DNA from: Malacoraja senta
Lineage: Eukaryota
Assembly: GCA_038087875.1 (NCBI GenBank)
Contig: CM075988.1
Span: 3,906,001-3,970,000, forward strand
Direction of reading: 5' to 3'
Length of the DNA stretch: 64,000 bases
The notes beneath the pieces were generated by a model. That model searched no databases and was not told the origin of the DNA. It was given only the letters and a program-made list of their open reading frames with translations. Of the stretch, positions 25,761-39,360 are shown one piece after another. Position 1 is the first letter of the stretch, and each line of letters opens with the position of its first letter. Position numbers and translations under genes: made by a program.

Positions 25761-26264
25761 GCTGTATAGTCTGGGTTCCGTACCAAAATGTCACCTATTC
25801 CTTTTCTCCAGAGACTCGCTGTGTTACACCAGCACCTTGTGTCCATCTTTGGTATAAGCCAGCATCTGCAGTTAACTTGCCACACCTGTTGCTTTGCGAG
25901 TTGGCATCATTCATCATCCTATGATGGATCGACTGCCAGCGATCCAATATACTACAATATGGATTGTGTTCTGGATATGACGGTCTTGTGCTCTTTGTCT
26001 GAACAGCCAAGGTGCAATATTAAAATGGGAATGAGGCTGGTCACAATCAATGTCAGGAACCTTCCCGCAGAGCCCAATGGAATTTGTTAACTCTCAATAC
26101 GTGACAATGGACAATACTTGACCAGAAGACGTTTGTCAGGTTAAAGTGTGATGGGTTAAGGCATCAGGATAGGGAATGAATGGAACATGCAGTTCATCCA
26201 TCAATTAGCCAATTAGCAGAATGGTTCGAAGGGCTCAATAGTTTATTTTCTTAGCCCGTGTTAT

Positions 26265-26895
26265 GTCATGTGATAGGAGCAGAATTAGGCCACACTGCCC
26301 ATCAAGTCTACTCCGCCATTCAATCATGGCTGTTCTATCTCTCCCTCCTAACCCCTATTCGCCTGCCTTCTCCCTATAACCTCTGATACCTGTACTAATC
26401 AAAAATCTATTTATCTCTGCCTTAAAAATATCCACTGACTTGGCCTCCACAGCCTTCTGTGGCAAAGAATTCCACAGATTCACCACCCTCTGACTAAATT
26501 TACATCATCTCATTCCTAAAAGAATGTCCTTTATTTCTGAGGCTATGACCTCTAGTTCTAGACTCTCCCACTAGTGGAAACATCCTCTCCACATTCACTC
26601 GGTCTTTCACTGTCCTGCATGTTTCAATGAGGTCCCCCCTCATTCTTCTAAACTCCAGTGAATACAGGCCCAGTGCCGACAAACGCTCATCATAGGTTAA
26701 GCTACTCATTCTTGGGATCATTCTTGTAAACCTCCTCTGGACCCTGTCCAGAGTCAGCACATCCTTCCTCTGATTCGGTGCCCAAAATTGCTCACAGTAC
26801 TCCAAATGCAGCCTGACCAGCGCCTTATAGAGCCTCAACATTCCAGCCCTGTTTTTGTATACAAGCCCTTTTGAAATAAATGCTAGCATTGAGTT
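26265..26895 (-). mobile_element. CR1 LINE 3' fragment
   Basis: MLAFISKGLVYKNR..MLRLYKALVRLHLEYCEQFWAP...RMFPLVGESRTRGHSL. Confidence 0.9.
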
Positions 26896-27654
26896 TCTTT
26901 TCTTTACCATGATTCCAGGTGTGATTATCAATACTGAACCCTGATTGTTGGAATTAGATTTTTAATTTCTAGCTTTAGAGACACCCTTCAGCCCATTATG
27001 TCCACACCAACCATCGATCACGTGTTTACACTAGTTCTATGGTGTCTGGATAGCACACAACAAAAGCTTTTCACTGTACCTCGGTGCATGTGACAATCAA
27101 CTAAACTGAACTTATCCCACTCTCTGGATACGAGGGGAAATTTACAGAGGCCAATTAAACCCACACACCCACTTGTCTCTGGGATGTGGGAGGAAACCAG
27201 AGCACCCGGAGGAAGCCCACGCAGTCACAGGGAGAACATGCAAACCCTGCACAGACAGCACCTGAGGGCAGGATCGAACCTGGTTCTCTGGTGCTGTGAG
27301 GCAGAAGCTCCACCAGCTGTACCACTGTGAGTATAAGGATGCTAGATACTCACATCTCAATGTATCTTTACTGTACAGAGGCATAATGTCCTTGCACGCA
27401 ACAAGCTGTCAAGATCTGGCCCACACCAGGCTCCCTGCTGGATCTACACGTTGTGTGGACTGAGTATGATGATACTTGGACCATGGCCTCCACTTCTGTC
27501 GGGGAGAGGAGGGATCATCTGGCCAGGAACCACATTCAGTGATTCACCAGCTTCTCTCAAGCTGAGAGCATCTTGAACCCCGATGAGCAGCAGATGTCAT
27601 CTTAACAACTTCTAAAAGTAAAGCTGGAAATTCTCCAATAACGATCACTGTCCA

Positions 27655-28218
27655 TTGTTTTCTCTGGAACACCAGAGATTGAAGGAAGACCTGGTAGAAG
27701 TTGATATAATCATGAGAAGCATAGATAGAGTAGACAGTCAACTTTTTCTCAGGGTGGGAAAGTTAAAGACTCTTAAGATGAGAGGGGCAACGTTTATAGT
27801 GTGGAGCAAGATTGTTATACAGAGAGTTGTAAGTGTCTGGAACCCGCTGTCCTGGGTGGTGGTTGAAGCAGATCCATTCATGTCTGATTTTCAGAATTTA
27901 ATGAAACATATCAAATTCTTTAGGGATATGGACAAGAAAAAAGGGGTAGGGCAATTAGGACTGAAATGAGGAAAAACCTTTTCACCCAGAGAGTTGTGAA
28001 TCTGTGGAATTCTCTGCCACAGAAGGCAGTGGAGGCCAATTCACTGGATTCACTTCAAGAGAGAGTTGGATATAGCTTGTAGGTCTAACGGAATCAATAT
28101 GGGGAGAAAGCAGGAACGGGGTACTGATTTTAGATGAGCAGCCATGATCATATTGAATGGCGATGCTGGCTCGAAGGGCAGAGGTCCTACTACTGCACCT
28201 ATTTTCTATGATTTTATG
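27655..28218 (+). mobile_element. Two juxtaposed CR1 3' fragments
   Basis: FSLEHQRLKEDLVEV... and gactgaaatgaggaaaaaccttttcacccagagagttgtg plus 3' UTR. Confidence 0.7.
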
Positions 28219-28289
28219 ACCCGAAAAGTCACCTGTCCACGTACTCCAGAGATGTTTGCTGAGTTACTCCAGCACTTTGTGTCTTTGGT

Positions 28290-29560
28290 GTAATAAAGAA
28301 CTGCAGATGCTGGTTTAAACCAAAGATAGACACAAAAGCTGGAGTAACTCAGCGGAACAGGCAACATCTCTGGAGAGAAGGAATGGGTGACGTTTCGGGT
28401 CGAGACCCTCCTTCAGACTGGGAAACTCAAGAAAGACTCAGACTTTCAGGGAAACGAAAGATATAGACGGTGATGTGGAGAGATAACGAACAATGAATGA
28501 AAGATAGGCAAAAAAGTAACAAGGGAAGGCCATTGTTAGCTGTTTGTAGGGTGAAAATGAGAATCTAGTGTGATGGGTGGGGGAGGGATAGAGAGAGAAG
28601 GAATGCCGGGCTACCTGAATGAGATAAATCATATTCATACCACTGGGCTGTAAGGTGCCCAAGCTAAATATGAGATGCTGTTCCTCCAATTTGCGTTTAG
28701 CTTCACTCTGACAATGGAGGAGACCGAGGACAGAAAGGTTTGTGTGGGAATGGGAAGGAGAATCAAAGTGTCCGGCAACCTCCGGAGATCAGGTAGGTTC
28801 AGGCGGGCTGAGTGAAGGTGTTCTGTGAAACGATCGCCCAGTCTGCGTTTGGTCTCGCCGATGTATAAGAGTCCACATATTGAACAACGGATACAGTAGA
28901 TGAGGTTGGAGGAGGTGGGTGCAAGTGAACCTCTGCCTAACCCAAGGGTGGGGAACCTTCTCATGCTGGAAGGCTGCATTAAGTTAGCTGTAATCTAATA
29001 AGACCACATCCAAGAAATTTCAATTAGATATACTTCAAAATGTACGTTATTTCATTAAAATAGCCGTCATGATTTACTAATGTTTTACTTGTGGCCGTCA
29101 GTCGGGGAGGATTATTTCATTGAATCTTCCTTTACTCTTTGGTATTTTAAATACGTTAATTTTAAGATTAAAATTAAAATAATAAAAGACGAACAAAAAC
29201 ATATTAATAAAAATAAATGGATTTGTTCTACAAAATTTGGATTCATTCAAAAGGCCGTATTTAATGGCCTCATTAAGAAGACCGCATGCGGCCTTAAGGC
29301 CGCGGGTTCCCCACCCCTGGCCTAACCTGAAAGGACTGTCGGGGTCCCTGGACAGAATCGAGGGAGGAGGTATAGGGACAAGTTGCATCTTCTGCGGTTG
29401 CAGGGGAAGGTACCTGGGGAGGGGGGTGGTTTGGGTGGGAAGGGATGAGTTAACCAGGGAGTTGCGGAGGGAACGGTCTCTGCGGAAAGGGGCGGAGATG
29501 GGAAAATGTGGCTAGTGGTGCGATCCCGTTGGTGGCGGCGGAAATTTCAGAGGATTAAGT
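28290..29560 (-). mobile_element. Penelope-like element (GIY-YIG region plus pLTR) interrupted by a hAT MITE
   Basis: TSSNLIYCIRCSICGLLYIGETKRRLGDRFTEHLHS; coding sequence resumes beyond the MITE as GPRQSFQVR. Confidence 0.88.
28943..29319. mobile_element. hAT (Charlie-like) MITE
   Basis: TIR caagggtggggaacc / ggttccccacccctg; perfect 8-bp TSD gcctaacc (28935-28942, 29320-29327) with central TA. Confidence 0.9.
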
Positions 29561-30002
29561 GTCTTTTGTTGTAACGGGATGGTGTTTGGTCAGTGTGAAC
29601 GTTGGATTGTCGGGTCTTTGTCCTGAGACATTAAGGATCTTTCTCTTTCCACAGAAGCTGCTCGATCTGCTTAGTGCTTTTTGTTTTTATTTCAAATTTC
29701 CTTTCCAGTTCTTTACTTTGATTTAGATCCCTCTTTATCTTTCAGGCAACTGTGTTTGGTGGTTGTGAAGTTCATATATTTGTACAAGGTCTCCACTGAG
29801 GGAGCGTCGACTGTCCGAAACAATGAAAGGCTAAATGGACAGTATGATGGAAAAGAAAGTTTCCGTGGCACAGTGGAGTTCACTCGGTTCTCGTCAATAA
29901 ACCTCAAATAACAATACTGAATTGTACATTGTCTAGGAAGTATCACATTGTGTGAAGGAAGGAAGGAATTGCATATGTTGGTTTAAACTGAAGATAGACA
30001 CA

Positions 30003-30377
30003 TAGACAATTCTTTGAGGATTAGACAGGCTTGATGCAGGAAAAATGTTCCCGATGTTGGGGGAGTCCAGAACCAGGGGTCGCAGTTTAAGAATAAGGGG
30101 TAAGCCCTTTAGGACTGAGATGAGGAAAACCTTTTTCACCCAGAGAGTTGTGAATGTGTGGAATTCTCTTCCACGGAAGGCAGTAGAGGCCAATTCACTG
30201 GACGTTTTCAAGAGAGAGTTAGATTTAGCTCTTAGGGTTAATGGAATCAAGGGATATGGGGAGAAAGCCGGAACGGGGTACTGATTCTGTATGATCAGCT
30301 ATGATCATATTGAATGTCGGTGCTGGCTCGAAGGGCCGAATGGCCTACTCCTGAACCTATTTTCTATGTTTCTATGT
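30003..30377 (+). mobile_element. CR1 3' end inserted into a Penelope pLTR
   Basis: MFPMLGESRTRGRSLRIRGKPFRTEMRKTFFTQRVVNVWNSLP plus (ttctatgt) tail. Confidence 0.88.
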
Positions 30378-31404
30378 AAAGCTGCAGTAACTCAGTGGGT
30401 CAGGCAGCTTCTCTGGAGAAAAGGAATGGGTGACGTTTTGGGCCGGTCTGAAGGAAGGTCACGACTTGAAACCTCACCCATCCCTTCTCTCCAGGGATGC
30501 AGCCTGTCCCGTTGAGTTACTCCAGCATTTTGTGTCTATCGGCAGTATCACATTGTTGTATGTGTGACCTTGCAGGTCCTACATTAAACACTGACTGTAC
30601 CTCAGATTGTATAGCACGTCATTACATTGTGGTTTCAAAGGCTCCAAATAACCCTCCTCCCCTTACTCCTTCCCACTGTGCCTCACCTGGATCCACACCT
30701 ATTTTCTCCCCTCCCCCTTCTTTCCGTGGAGACTAAGAAATAGTTTAGTTTAGAGATACAGAAAGGAAACGGGGCCTTTGTTCCACCGGGTCTGTGCAGA
30801 CCAATAGTCGCAGCGGTTCCCTTTTATCCCACTTCCACATCCACTCGCTACACCCCAGGGGAAATGTACAGAAGGCCAATTATCCTACAAACTTGTACGT
30901 CTTGTACGGGATGTGGGAAGAAACCGGAACACCCGGTGGAAACCAACATATCCACAGGGAGAAGGTACAAACTTTGCACCCGTCGCCAGGATTGAACCGG
31001 GATCCCTGGCGCGGTGAGGCAGCAGGTCAACAGCTGTACCGCTATGCCACCGATATGTTAACAAGCAATGGCATGGAAGGCTATAAGTGGGGCAAGTATA
31101 GATGGATGCTTGCTGGCTGGCCTGGGAAAGGTGGGCCGAAGGGACCAGTTTCTGTGCTCTCTAGGAATGACGAGGATGTTTGATGGCAACACTGAACTGG
31201 CCGACGTAGCAAGCCGTAACAAGAGAATGCAGTGAGTGGGTTAGAAACCTGCTCCATCTTAGCTCCAGATAGGACCTGCCATCCACTTGATGGAAGCCAT
31301 TGGACTGTGGCTTCTGAGGCTGTGACTCCCATCTCAGGTAGAAGGCAGGGGGATTGAAATAAAGGATGGTGGGGAAGAGAGAGGGGAATCTGAACTTTAA
31401 AAAC

Positions 31405-33275
31405 AGGGCGGCACGGTGGAGCAGTGGTAGAGTTGCTGCCTCACAGCGCCAGAGACCCGTGTTCGATCCTGACCATGGGTGTTGTCTGTACGGAGCTTGT
31501 ATGTTCTCCCCGTGACCTGCGAGGGTTTCCTCTGAGAAACATAGAAACATAGAAAATAGGTGCAGGAGTAGGCCATTTGGCCATTCGAGCCTGCACCGCC
31601 ATTCAATATGATCATGGCTGATCATCCAACTCAGTATCCTGTACCTGCCTTCTCTCCATACCCCTGATCCCTTTAGCCACAAGGGCCACATCTAACTCCC
31701 TCTTAAATATAGCCAATGAACTGGCCTCAACTACCTTCTGTGGCAGAGAGTTCCAGAGATTCACCACTCTCTGTGTGAAAAATGTTTTTCTCATCTCGGT
31801 CCTAAAGGATTTCCCCTTTATCCTTAAACTGTGACACCTTGTCCTGGACTTCCCCAACATCGGGAACAATCTTCCTGCATCTAGCCCGTCCAACCCCTTA
31901 AGAATTTTGTACGTTTCTATAAGATCCCCCCTCAATCTTCTAAATTCTAGCGAGTACAAGCCGAGTCTATCCAGTCTTTCTACATGTGAACGTCCTGACA
32001 TCCCAGGAATCAGTCTGGTGAACCTTCTCTGTACTCCCTCTAAGGCAAGAATGTCTTTCCTCAGATTTGGAGACCAAAACTGTACGCAATACTCCAGGTG
32101 TGGTCTCACAAAGACCCTGTACAACTGCAGTAGAACCTCCCTGCTCCTATACACAACTCCTTTTGCTATGAATGCTAACATACCATTCGCTTTCTTCACT
32201 GCCTGCTGAACCTGCATGCCTACTTTCAATGACTGGTGTACCATGACACCCAGGTCTCGTTGCATCTCCCCTTTTCCTAATCGGCCACCATTTAGATAAT
32301 AGTCGACTTTGTCCAATGATTTCACCACGTTCCAAATGTGCTGCTATCCCATCTTTAATAACTGACTCTAGCAGTTTCCCCACTACCGATGTTAGACTAA
32401 CTGGTCTGTAATTCCCCGTTTTCTCTCTCCCTCCCTTTTAAAAAGTGGGGTTACATTAGCTACCCTCCAATCCTCAGGAACTACTCCAGAATCTAAGGAG
32501 TTTTGAAAAATTATCACTAATGCATCCACTATTTCTGGGGCTACTTCCTTAAGTACTCTGGGATGCAGCCTATCTGGCCCTGGGGATTTATCGGCCTTTA
32601 ATCCATTCAATTTACCTAACCCCACTTCCCGGCGAACCTGGATTTCACTCAGTTCCTCCATCTCATTTGACCCGCGGTCCCCTGCTATTTCCGGCAGATT
32701 ATTTATGTCTTCCTTAGTGAAGACAGAACCAAAGTAGTTATTCAATGGTCTGCCATGTCCTTGTTCCCCATGATCAATTCACCTGTTTCTGACTGCAAGG
32801 GACCTACATTTGTTTTAACTAATCTCTTTCTCTTCACATATCTATAATAACGTTTGCAGTCAGTTTTTATGTTCCCTGCCAGTTTTCTTTCATAATCTAT
32901 TTTCCCTTTCCTAATTAAGCCCTTTGTCCTCCTCTGCTGGACTCTGACTTTCTCCCAGTCCTCTGGTAGGCTGCTTTTTCTGGCTAATTTGTACGCTTCA
33001 TCTTTTGTTTTGATACTATCCCTGATTTCCCTTGTTATCCATGGATGCACTACCTTCCCTGATTTATTCTTTTGCCAAACTGGGATGAACAATTGTTGTT
33101 CATTGAGAGCACCGGTTTCCTCTCACACTCCAAGGTTTGTAGGTTAATTGGCTTGGTATAAAAATGTAAAATTGTCCCTAGTGTGTGTAGGGCAGTGTTA
33201 ATGTGCGGGGATCACTGGTCGGTGCGCTCGGTGGACCGGAGTGCCTGTTACCAAGCTGTCCCTCTAAACTAAAAA
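31405..33275 (+). mobile_element. V-SINE split by a CR1 insertion
   Basis: Head 31405-31537 (ggtggagcagtgg A-box, gttcgatcc B-box), tail 33104-33275; tgaga duplicated at the junctions. Confidence 0.8.
31538..33103 (-). mobile_element. CR1 LINE, 5'-truncated, with internal deletion of the RT core
   Basis: ORFs 32742-33092, 32392-32745 (KSPGPDRLHPRVLKE..VPEDWRVANVTPLFK) and 31612-32328; the sequence jumps from EIIGQS to DYYLNGG, lacking the PQG/FADD motifs. Confidence 0.92.
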
Positions 33276-34364
33276 CTTAACTAGTAATTGGCCAGACACA
33301 GATTCTCTGATCACCCATTAACAGTGTTAGTCATGGAGAGACACACAGCACGGCAACTGATTTTTCGGCCCAACCCGTCCTTGCCAACCAAGATGCCCCA
33401 TCTAAGCTATATGCCCCATCTGTCCATTTGCTTACATTTGGACCCTATCCCTGTAGCCCTTTACTATCCATGTACCTGTGCAAATGTTGACAAGGAACTG
33501 CAGATGTTAGTTTACGTAAAGAGACACAAAGAGCGGGAATGTGCGGGGATCACTGGTCGGCGCGGACTCGGTGGGCCAAAGGGCCTGTTTCCGCGCTGAA
33601 TCTCTAAACTAAACTAAACTAAATTGGATTCCAGCAGTGGTGCCAGACTTGTGGTGCACTCCATGGGCTCCCTTTGCTTTCCAAACCTATTATGAGGAAG
33701 GAAGGAGTTGCTGCAAGGCTCAACGCTTGCTTGATATTGACATTTGGCGTTAATGGAAATCAAACAGTGCAAATTTTCTTTGTCTCTTTGCTATAATAAG
33801 ATGCTATGCTGTATGACTTAGCCACAGAGAGAACATCAAAACAATAATTAGGTGCGATTTTCCCTGTCAAGACCCAAGAACAATATGTTAATACACCTAT
33901 CAAAGGCAAGCCAAGATAAAGAACAGCATGAACTTGTCACTTTGAATTCTAAGGCAACCACAGAAATCTTTTCAAAAGTATTTTTTCTGCATTGGCCTCA
34001 CTGCAGTTGCCTTGAGGTACTGACTCTTCTCATCACCAGCTCCAACATTAAGCATCAAAAATCATTCACCAACTCATAAATCAGTAATTAGAACACAGAC
34101 TGGCAAATGTCAATGTAACCCTGCAGGACAAAAGGACTGTAAGTAAGTCCAAACAAATCAATTATAATTGACATGATGATGTATACAAGATCTTAATTTT
34201 TAACCGTCCTTGGTTTGATACCATTGAAACTTTATGATTAGATATCAGCAAAAAAAAAGCTTTTAACATAAATCATTCTGAGGTCTCGCTCCAGATTATT
34301 CCTACATTTTCATCATCGATCGTGCTACATCCTTTCATGCCTTGCTACCTTGCAGCATTTGGGG

Positions 34365-34795
34365 TGTACGGTGGTGCAGCGGGTAGAGCTGCTGCCTCAC
34401 AGCGCCAGAGACCCGGGTTCGATACTGAACTCAGGTGCTCTCTGTGTGGAGTTTGCATGTTCTCCCTGCAACCGCGTGGGTTTCCTCCGGGTGCTATGGT
34501 TTCCTCCCACATACCAAAGACGTGGTGGTTTGTAGGTCAATTGGCCTCTTTAAAAATGGTCCCAAGTATGCAGGGAGTGGATGATAAAGTGGGATAGTAT
34601 AGATGGACACAAATTGCTGGAGTAACTCAGCGGGTCAGGCAGCATCTCTGGAGAAAAGGAATAGGTGACGTTTTGGGTTGAGACCCTCTTCAGGCTGGGT
34701 TATCTTAGAACTAGTGTGAATGGGCGATCGATGTTCGGTGTGGACTCTGTTGGCCAAAGGGCCTGTTTCCATGCTGTATTTCTAAACTAAACATA
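34365..34795 (+). mobile_element. V-SINE interrupted by a Penelope pLTR (~34603-34700)
   Basis: tRNA-like head ggtggtgcagcgggtagag...gggttcgatac and ctaaactaaa tail. Confidence 0.8.
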
Positions 34796-35311
34796 AAATA
34801 ATACATTTGAGGAATGAGTTGGGAGTAGAGGTAAATGCTGATATCCTCACATATGGATTTGTAAAAGGTGCAAGAAGCACTGGTGTGATAGAGGGGGCCA
34901 TCAAAATCATATTGAGCCCACATTGAGGCATTGACTGTGTCTCGAGTCTTTGGAGAGGTGGCTGTGGGAAGCACTGCCTGTCAGCAGGTGGCGCCACTTG
35001 CAAGTAGTTGTGTTACCGGCTCATTGAATATAAACCATATTGAAAGGGAATCGAACCTGCCAACTTCACGAAGATGGACTTTGGTAAATATCCCAGTCAC
35101 AACCTGTTATTTGCCCCATCTTTAACGTAAGAACCATGAAGGAAGGGGGAGGGAGTGGATGGAGGAGAAAGGATTGCCCTCTGAAGCATATTAGACAGGG
35201 CCGCATTGTGTACGATGAGTTTCACCTTGGTCCTGAGGGTGAAATGTGGTCACACTTCGCCCAGTTAGCCAATCACATTTCAGTTTCATGGAGTTCAGAA
35301 AATATGCCATG

Positions 35312-35635
35312 AAGGGACAGAGTGAATGTGGAGAGGATGTTTCCACTAGTGGGGGAGTCCAGGACCTGCGGCCACAGCCTCAGATTAAAAGGACATACCT
35401 TTAGAAAGGAGATGAGGAGGAACTTCTTTAGTCGGAGGGTGGTGAATCTGTGGATATATTGCCAGAAAAGGCTGTGGACATGTTTAAGACAGAGATTGAT
35501 AGATTCATGGTTAGTAAGGGTATCAGGGAGAAGGCATGGGGATTGGAGTTGAGAGGGAGAGATAGAATAGCTATGATCGAATGGCAGAGTAAATTTGATA
35601 TACGGAATGGCCAAATTCTGTTCCTGACACATATG
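35312..35635 (+). mobile_element. CR1 3' end
   Basis: NVERMFPLVGESRTCGHSLRLKGHTFRKEMRRNFFSRRVVNLW. Confidence 0.8.
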
Positions 35636-36067
35636 AACATGCAAAACTTGCTTGGGAGATTTTCGGCTGCGATTTTGTGCTGCGTTTGAATGTATTTGGC
35701 AACATTCACCACCCCAATGCAGCAACGGAGAGGACTGAACCTTCACTGGGAAGAAGGTCAGGGTCGGAGGGAGCAGTGTCCATGGCAACCGGAGCGACTA
35801 TGGAGAAGGTTGTCATAGAGATGAGTAAACTGGAGGGAGTGGGACTTGTACCTTCAATATGTGTGTGGCCACCATCAAAACGGAGTCCTGTTATGACTGG
35901 TCCACACACTTTGAGATGCCCATTCCTTGTGAATGGCTCTACTTAATGGGGGAATTAGGCTCATGAATTGGGTGGAGGTTGAAGGGTGCCTGGAATTTAT
36001 GTGTATGTGTGTGTATGTGTGACACATATATGTATGCATATACAAACATTGAACTTTTTTTTCTTTT

Positions 36068-36385
36068 TTAGTTTAGTTTAGTTCAGCGATACAGCGCGGA
36101 AACAGGCCCTTCGGCCCACCGAATCCGCGCCGACCAGCGATCCCCACACATTAACATTGCATACAATAGGGACAATTCACATATACACCAAGCCAATTAA
36201 CCTACATACATGTACGTCTTTGGAGTGTGGGAGGAAACCGAAGATCTTGGAGAAAACCCACACAGTCACGGGGAGAACGTACAAACTCCGTACAGACAGC
36301 ACCCGTAGTTGGGATCGAACCCGGGTCTCTGGCGCTGCAAGCACTGTAAGGCAGCAACTCTACCGCTGTGCCACCGTGACCGCCC
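36068..36385 (-). mobile_element. Full-length V-SINE (HE1-like)
   Basis: tRNA-derived head with A/B boxes, central domain, CR1-like tail ending (ctaaa)n. Confidence 0.88.
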
Positions 36386-36593
36386 AATGCTTATTATATT
36401 GTTCACAGTGTACGAAGTTTACATATTGTGCTGTGCTGCTTCAAGTAAGAATGTCCTTGTTCTATCTGGGACATGTCACAATTGAGCACTTGACTCTTGA
36501 GTGTGAGTGGGTACATTGAGTCTCCGAAAAGCAGCATAACAAGCTGGCAATGTTGTAAGCTGCAGGGATGGACACATCAATGTCCTAGTCAGT

Positions 36594-37120
36594 CAGGGTT
36601 GCCAACTGTCCCGTATTAGCCGGGACATCCCGTATATTGGGCTAAATTGGTTTGTCCCATTCGGGAACGCCCTTGGCCCGCATTTGACTGTTACTACTCG
36701 GGTCGAGGGGACTGTCGGGTCGGAGCGCCGCGTCCGGCCCCGCCTCACCCATCCCGACATAGTGCAGCCCATGGAGTGCAGCAGCAACAGCAGCGCCTCG
36801 CCCGTAGCCCCGTCGGTCGCAGCCCGGCCAGCTGTCCGACCTTCGGACCTTCACTTACCGCCGACACCACCAACCCTCCTTCTCATGGCCGATCATCGGT
36901 TTATGAGTTGGATGGGTTGCCGGACTTTGCGCGCGACATTGCGTGGGCCAAAACTCTTGAGCAGGCCCGCCGGCTGGGCTTTGTGTGCAGTCCAGCACCT
37001 GGAGCAACTCATCGTTCACCCAGCCATGGCAGAGTCAGTCAACAAATTGCCGTCTGGAATTTGTCCCATATTTTGACCTTTTGTTCCTTATTTGGGAGTG
37101 TGAGAAAGTTGGCGACCCTA
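36594..37120. mobile_element. hAT-type non-autonomous transposon
   Basis: TIR cagggttgccaact / agttggcgacccta; 8-bp TSD tagtcagt / tagtcagg (7/8); subterminal gtccc motifs. Confidence 0.85.
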
Positions 37121-37164
37121 TAGTCAGGGTCCTTTCATTTCCATCTCTTGGCTGACTTTACTTC

Positions 37165-37478
37165 AGACTTTAGACTTTGGAGATAGAGCGTGGAAACAGG
37201 CCCTTCGGCCCACTGAGTCCGTGCGGACTATCGCTCAAGCCGTACACTAGCACTGTTCTACACACTGGGGACAATTTTACAATTTACAGAAGCCAAATTA
37301 ACCTACAAACCTGTACGTCTTTGGGATGTGGGAGGAAACCGGAGCACCCGGAGAAAACACACGCGGTCACAGGGAGAACGTACAAATTCCGTACAGGCAG
37401 TGTCCGTAGTCAGGATTAAACCCGGGCCTCTGGCGCTGTGAGGCAGCAGCTCCACCCGCTGCACCACCAAGCCGCCCT
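37165..37478 (-). mobile_element. Full-length V-SINE (HE1-like)
   Basis: Same head, central domain and tail as 36068-36385. Confidence 0.85.
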
Positions 37479-37814
37479 TACTGTGCAACTTACTTCTTGA
37501 TTTACTGTGAATTAAAAATGATTTTTTACACTTTCCAGCGCAGTCAGCAAAGCGCTGATGACGTAACTACATTCAACTTGTGCCAGTGAAGTATTGACTG
37601 CTTGAGAATGAATTATGCCTGGAAGTAGGCTGTCCAATTTCCTGATACTGCCACTGAATTAAAAAGTGCATAAAATGGTTTTAATGTATGATTTTCACAA
37701 GAATGGGTCAATGTGGACCTATTTCTAAGCTTGCATATGTAAATGGAAACTTGTCTGTTCACAACTGAATGCTTAATATTCTAGCTATTGATGGACATGA
37801 TTGAGACTTTGGCC

Positions 37815-38805
37815 TGGAGTGGATGTGGAGAGGATGTTTCCACTGGTGGGAGGGTCTAGGACCAGAGGTCAAACCCTCAGAATTAAAGGGCGCTCTTTTA
37901 AAAAGTAGGTGAGGAGGAACTGCTTTAGTCAGAGGGTAGTTAATCTGTGGAACTCATTGCCACAGAGGGCTGTGGAGGCCAAGTCAGTGGATATTTTTAA
38001 GGCAGAGATAGATAAGTTCTTGATTAGAACAGGTGTCAAGGATTATGGGGTAAAGGCAAGAAAATGGGATTAGGTGGCAGAGATCAGTCATGATTGAACG
38101 GCAGAGTAGACTCGATGGGCCGAATGGCCTAATTCTATTCTTATAACTTGTGGACTTGTGTGACTGAGATAATATTTAGTCATGGCATTCCACAAAGGAT
38201 AATAACTGAAGATAGACACAAAATGCTGGAGTAACTCAGCGGGACAGGCAGCATCTCTGGAGAGAAGGAATGGATGACGTTGCAGGTGGAAGCGTTTCAG
38301 AATAAGGGTCTCAACAGAAAGTGTCACCCATTCCTTCTATCCAGAGATGCTGCCTGACCCGCTAAGTTACTCCATCATTTTGTGTCTATCTTCGGTTTAA
38401 ACCAGCATCTGCAGTTCCTTCATGCACAAAAGACACAAAGTGCTGGAGTAACTCAGCAGGCTGGGCAGCATCTCTGGAGAACATGGGCAGGTGACGTTTT
38501 GAGTCATAGAAATATAGAAAATAGGTGTAGGAGTAGGCCATTTGGCCCTTCGAGCCAGCAATGTTATCATGGCTGATCATCGAAAATCAGTACCCCGTTC
38601 CTGCTTTCTCCCCATATCACTTGAATCCGATAGCCCTAAGAGCGAAATCTAACACTTTCTTGATTGCTGGAGTAACTCAGCGGGTCAGGTAGCATCTCTG
38701 GAGAACATGGATAGGTGACGTTTCACAGAGTGCTGGAGTAACTCAACGGGTCAGGCAGCATCTGTAGAACATGGATAGGTGACGTTCCAGGCCATGACCC
38801 TTCTT
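37815..38805. mobile_element. CR1 3' end followed by a cluster of Penelope pLTRs (inverted pair ~38208-38425, tandem partial copies ~38665-38805) and a CR1 tail
   Basis: Repeated tgctggagtaactcagcggg...ggtgacgttt units. Confidence 0.75.
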
Positions 38806-39360
38806 ATGTTTACACTTGACTCTGGACTCTTGGCTCTCTATGGGTCAATGTACTATCGGTTGTCCATATGCGATCGTCAGCTACCGTGATGGTCTCCTGT
38901 TACCATGTGACTGGTTGTTTGTGGGTTCACACATGATCAGTTCATGAACTCATGTGTTTATTGGTTTAACATTATTTTTGCCACATTCATACAGTGAAAA
39001 GCTTTGTATCGCGAGTTCTCTAGGCAAATCATGACGCCCATGTGTGTATCAGGTCGAGTAAATAAGCAATGTGCAGAATTAATTTTGGGCTGGGGCAGCT
39101 TGGGCAGCGTACAACCCAGCGGTATGATTGTTGTTTTCTCCAACTCCAACTTGCACCCATCTCTCTCCCTCCCTCCGCATTCAAGTCATACTGGCTTCCA
39201 AGTCGTCATTGTCTGTAACTCGTTCTCACCTAGCACACAGCTAACAATGGCCTGCTTCCTTTAACATCGTTACCTTTTTGCATATCTTTCATTCATTTGT
39301 TCTATATCTCTCTACATCACCGTCTATATCTCTTGTTTCCCTTTTCCCCTGACTCCCAGC

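Noticed and set aside
38665..38805. CRISPR-like or regularly spaced repeats
   Set aside because: Tandem partial Penelope pLTR copies with no unique spacers and no cas genes; eukaryotic context.
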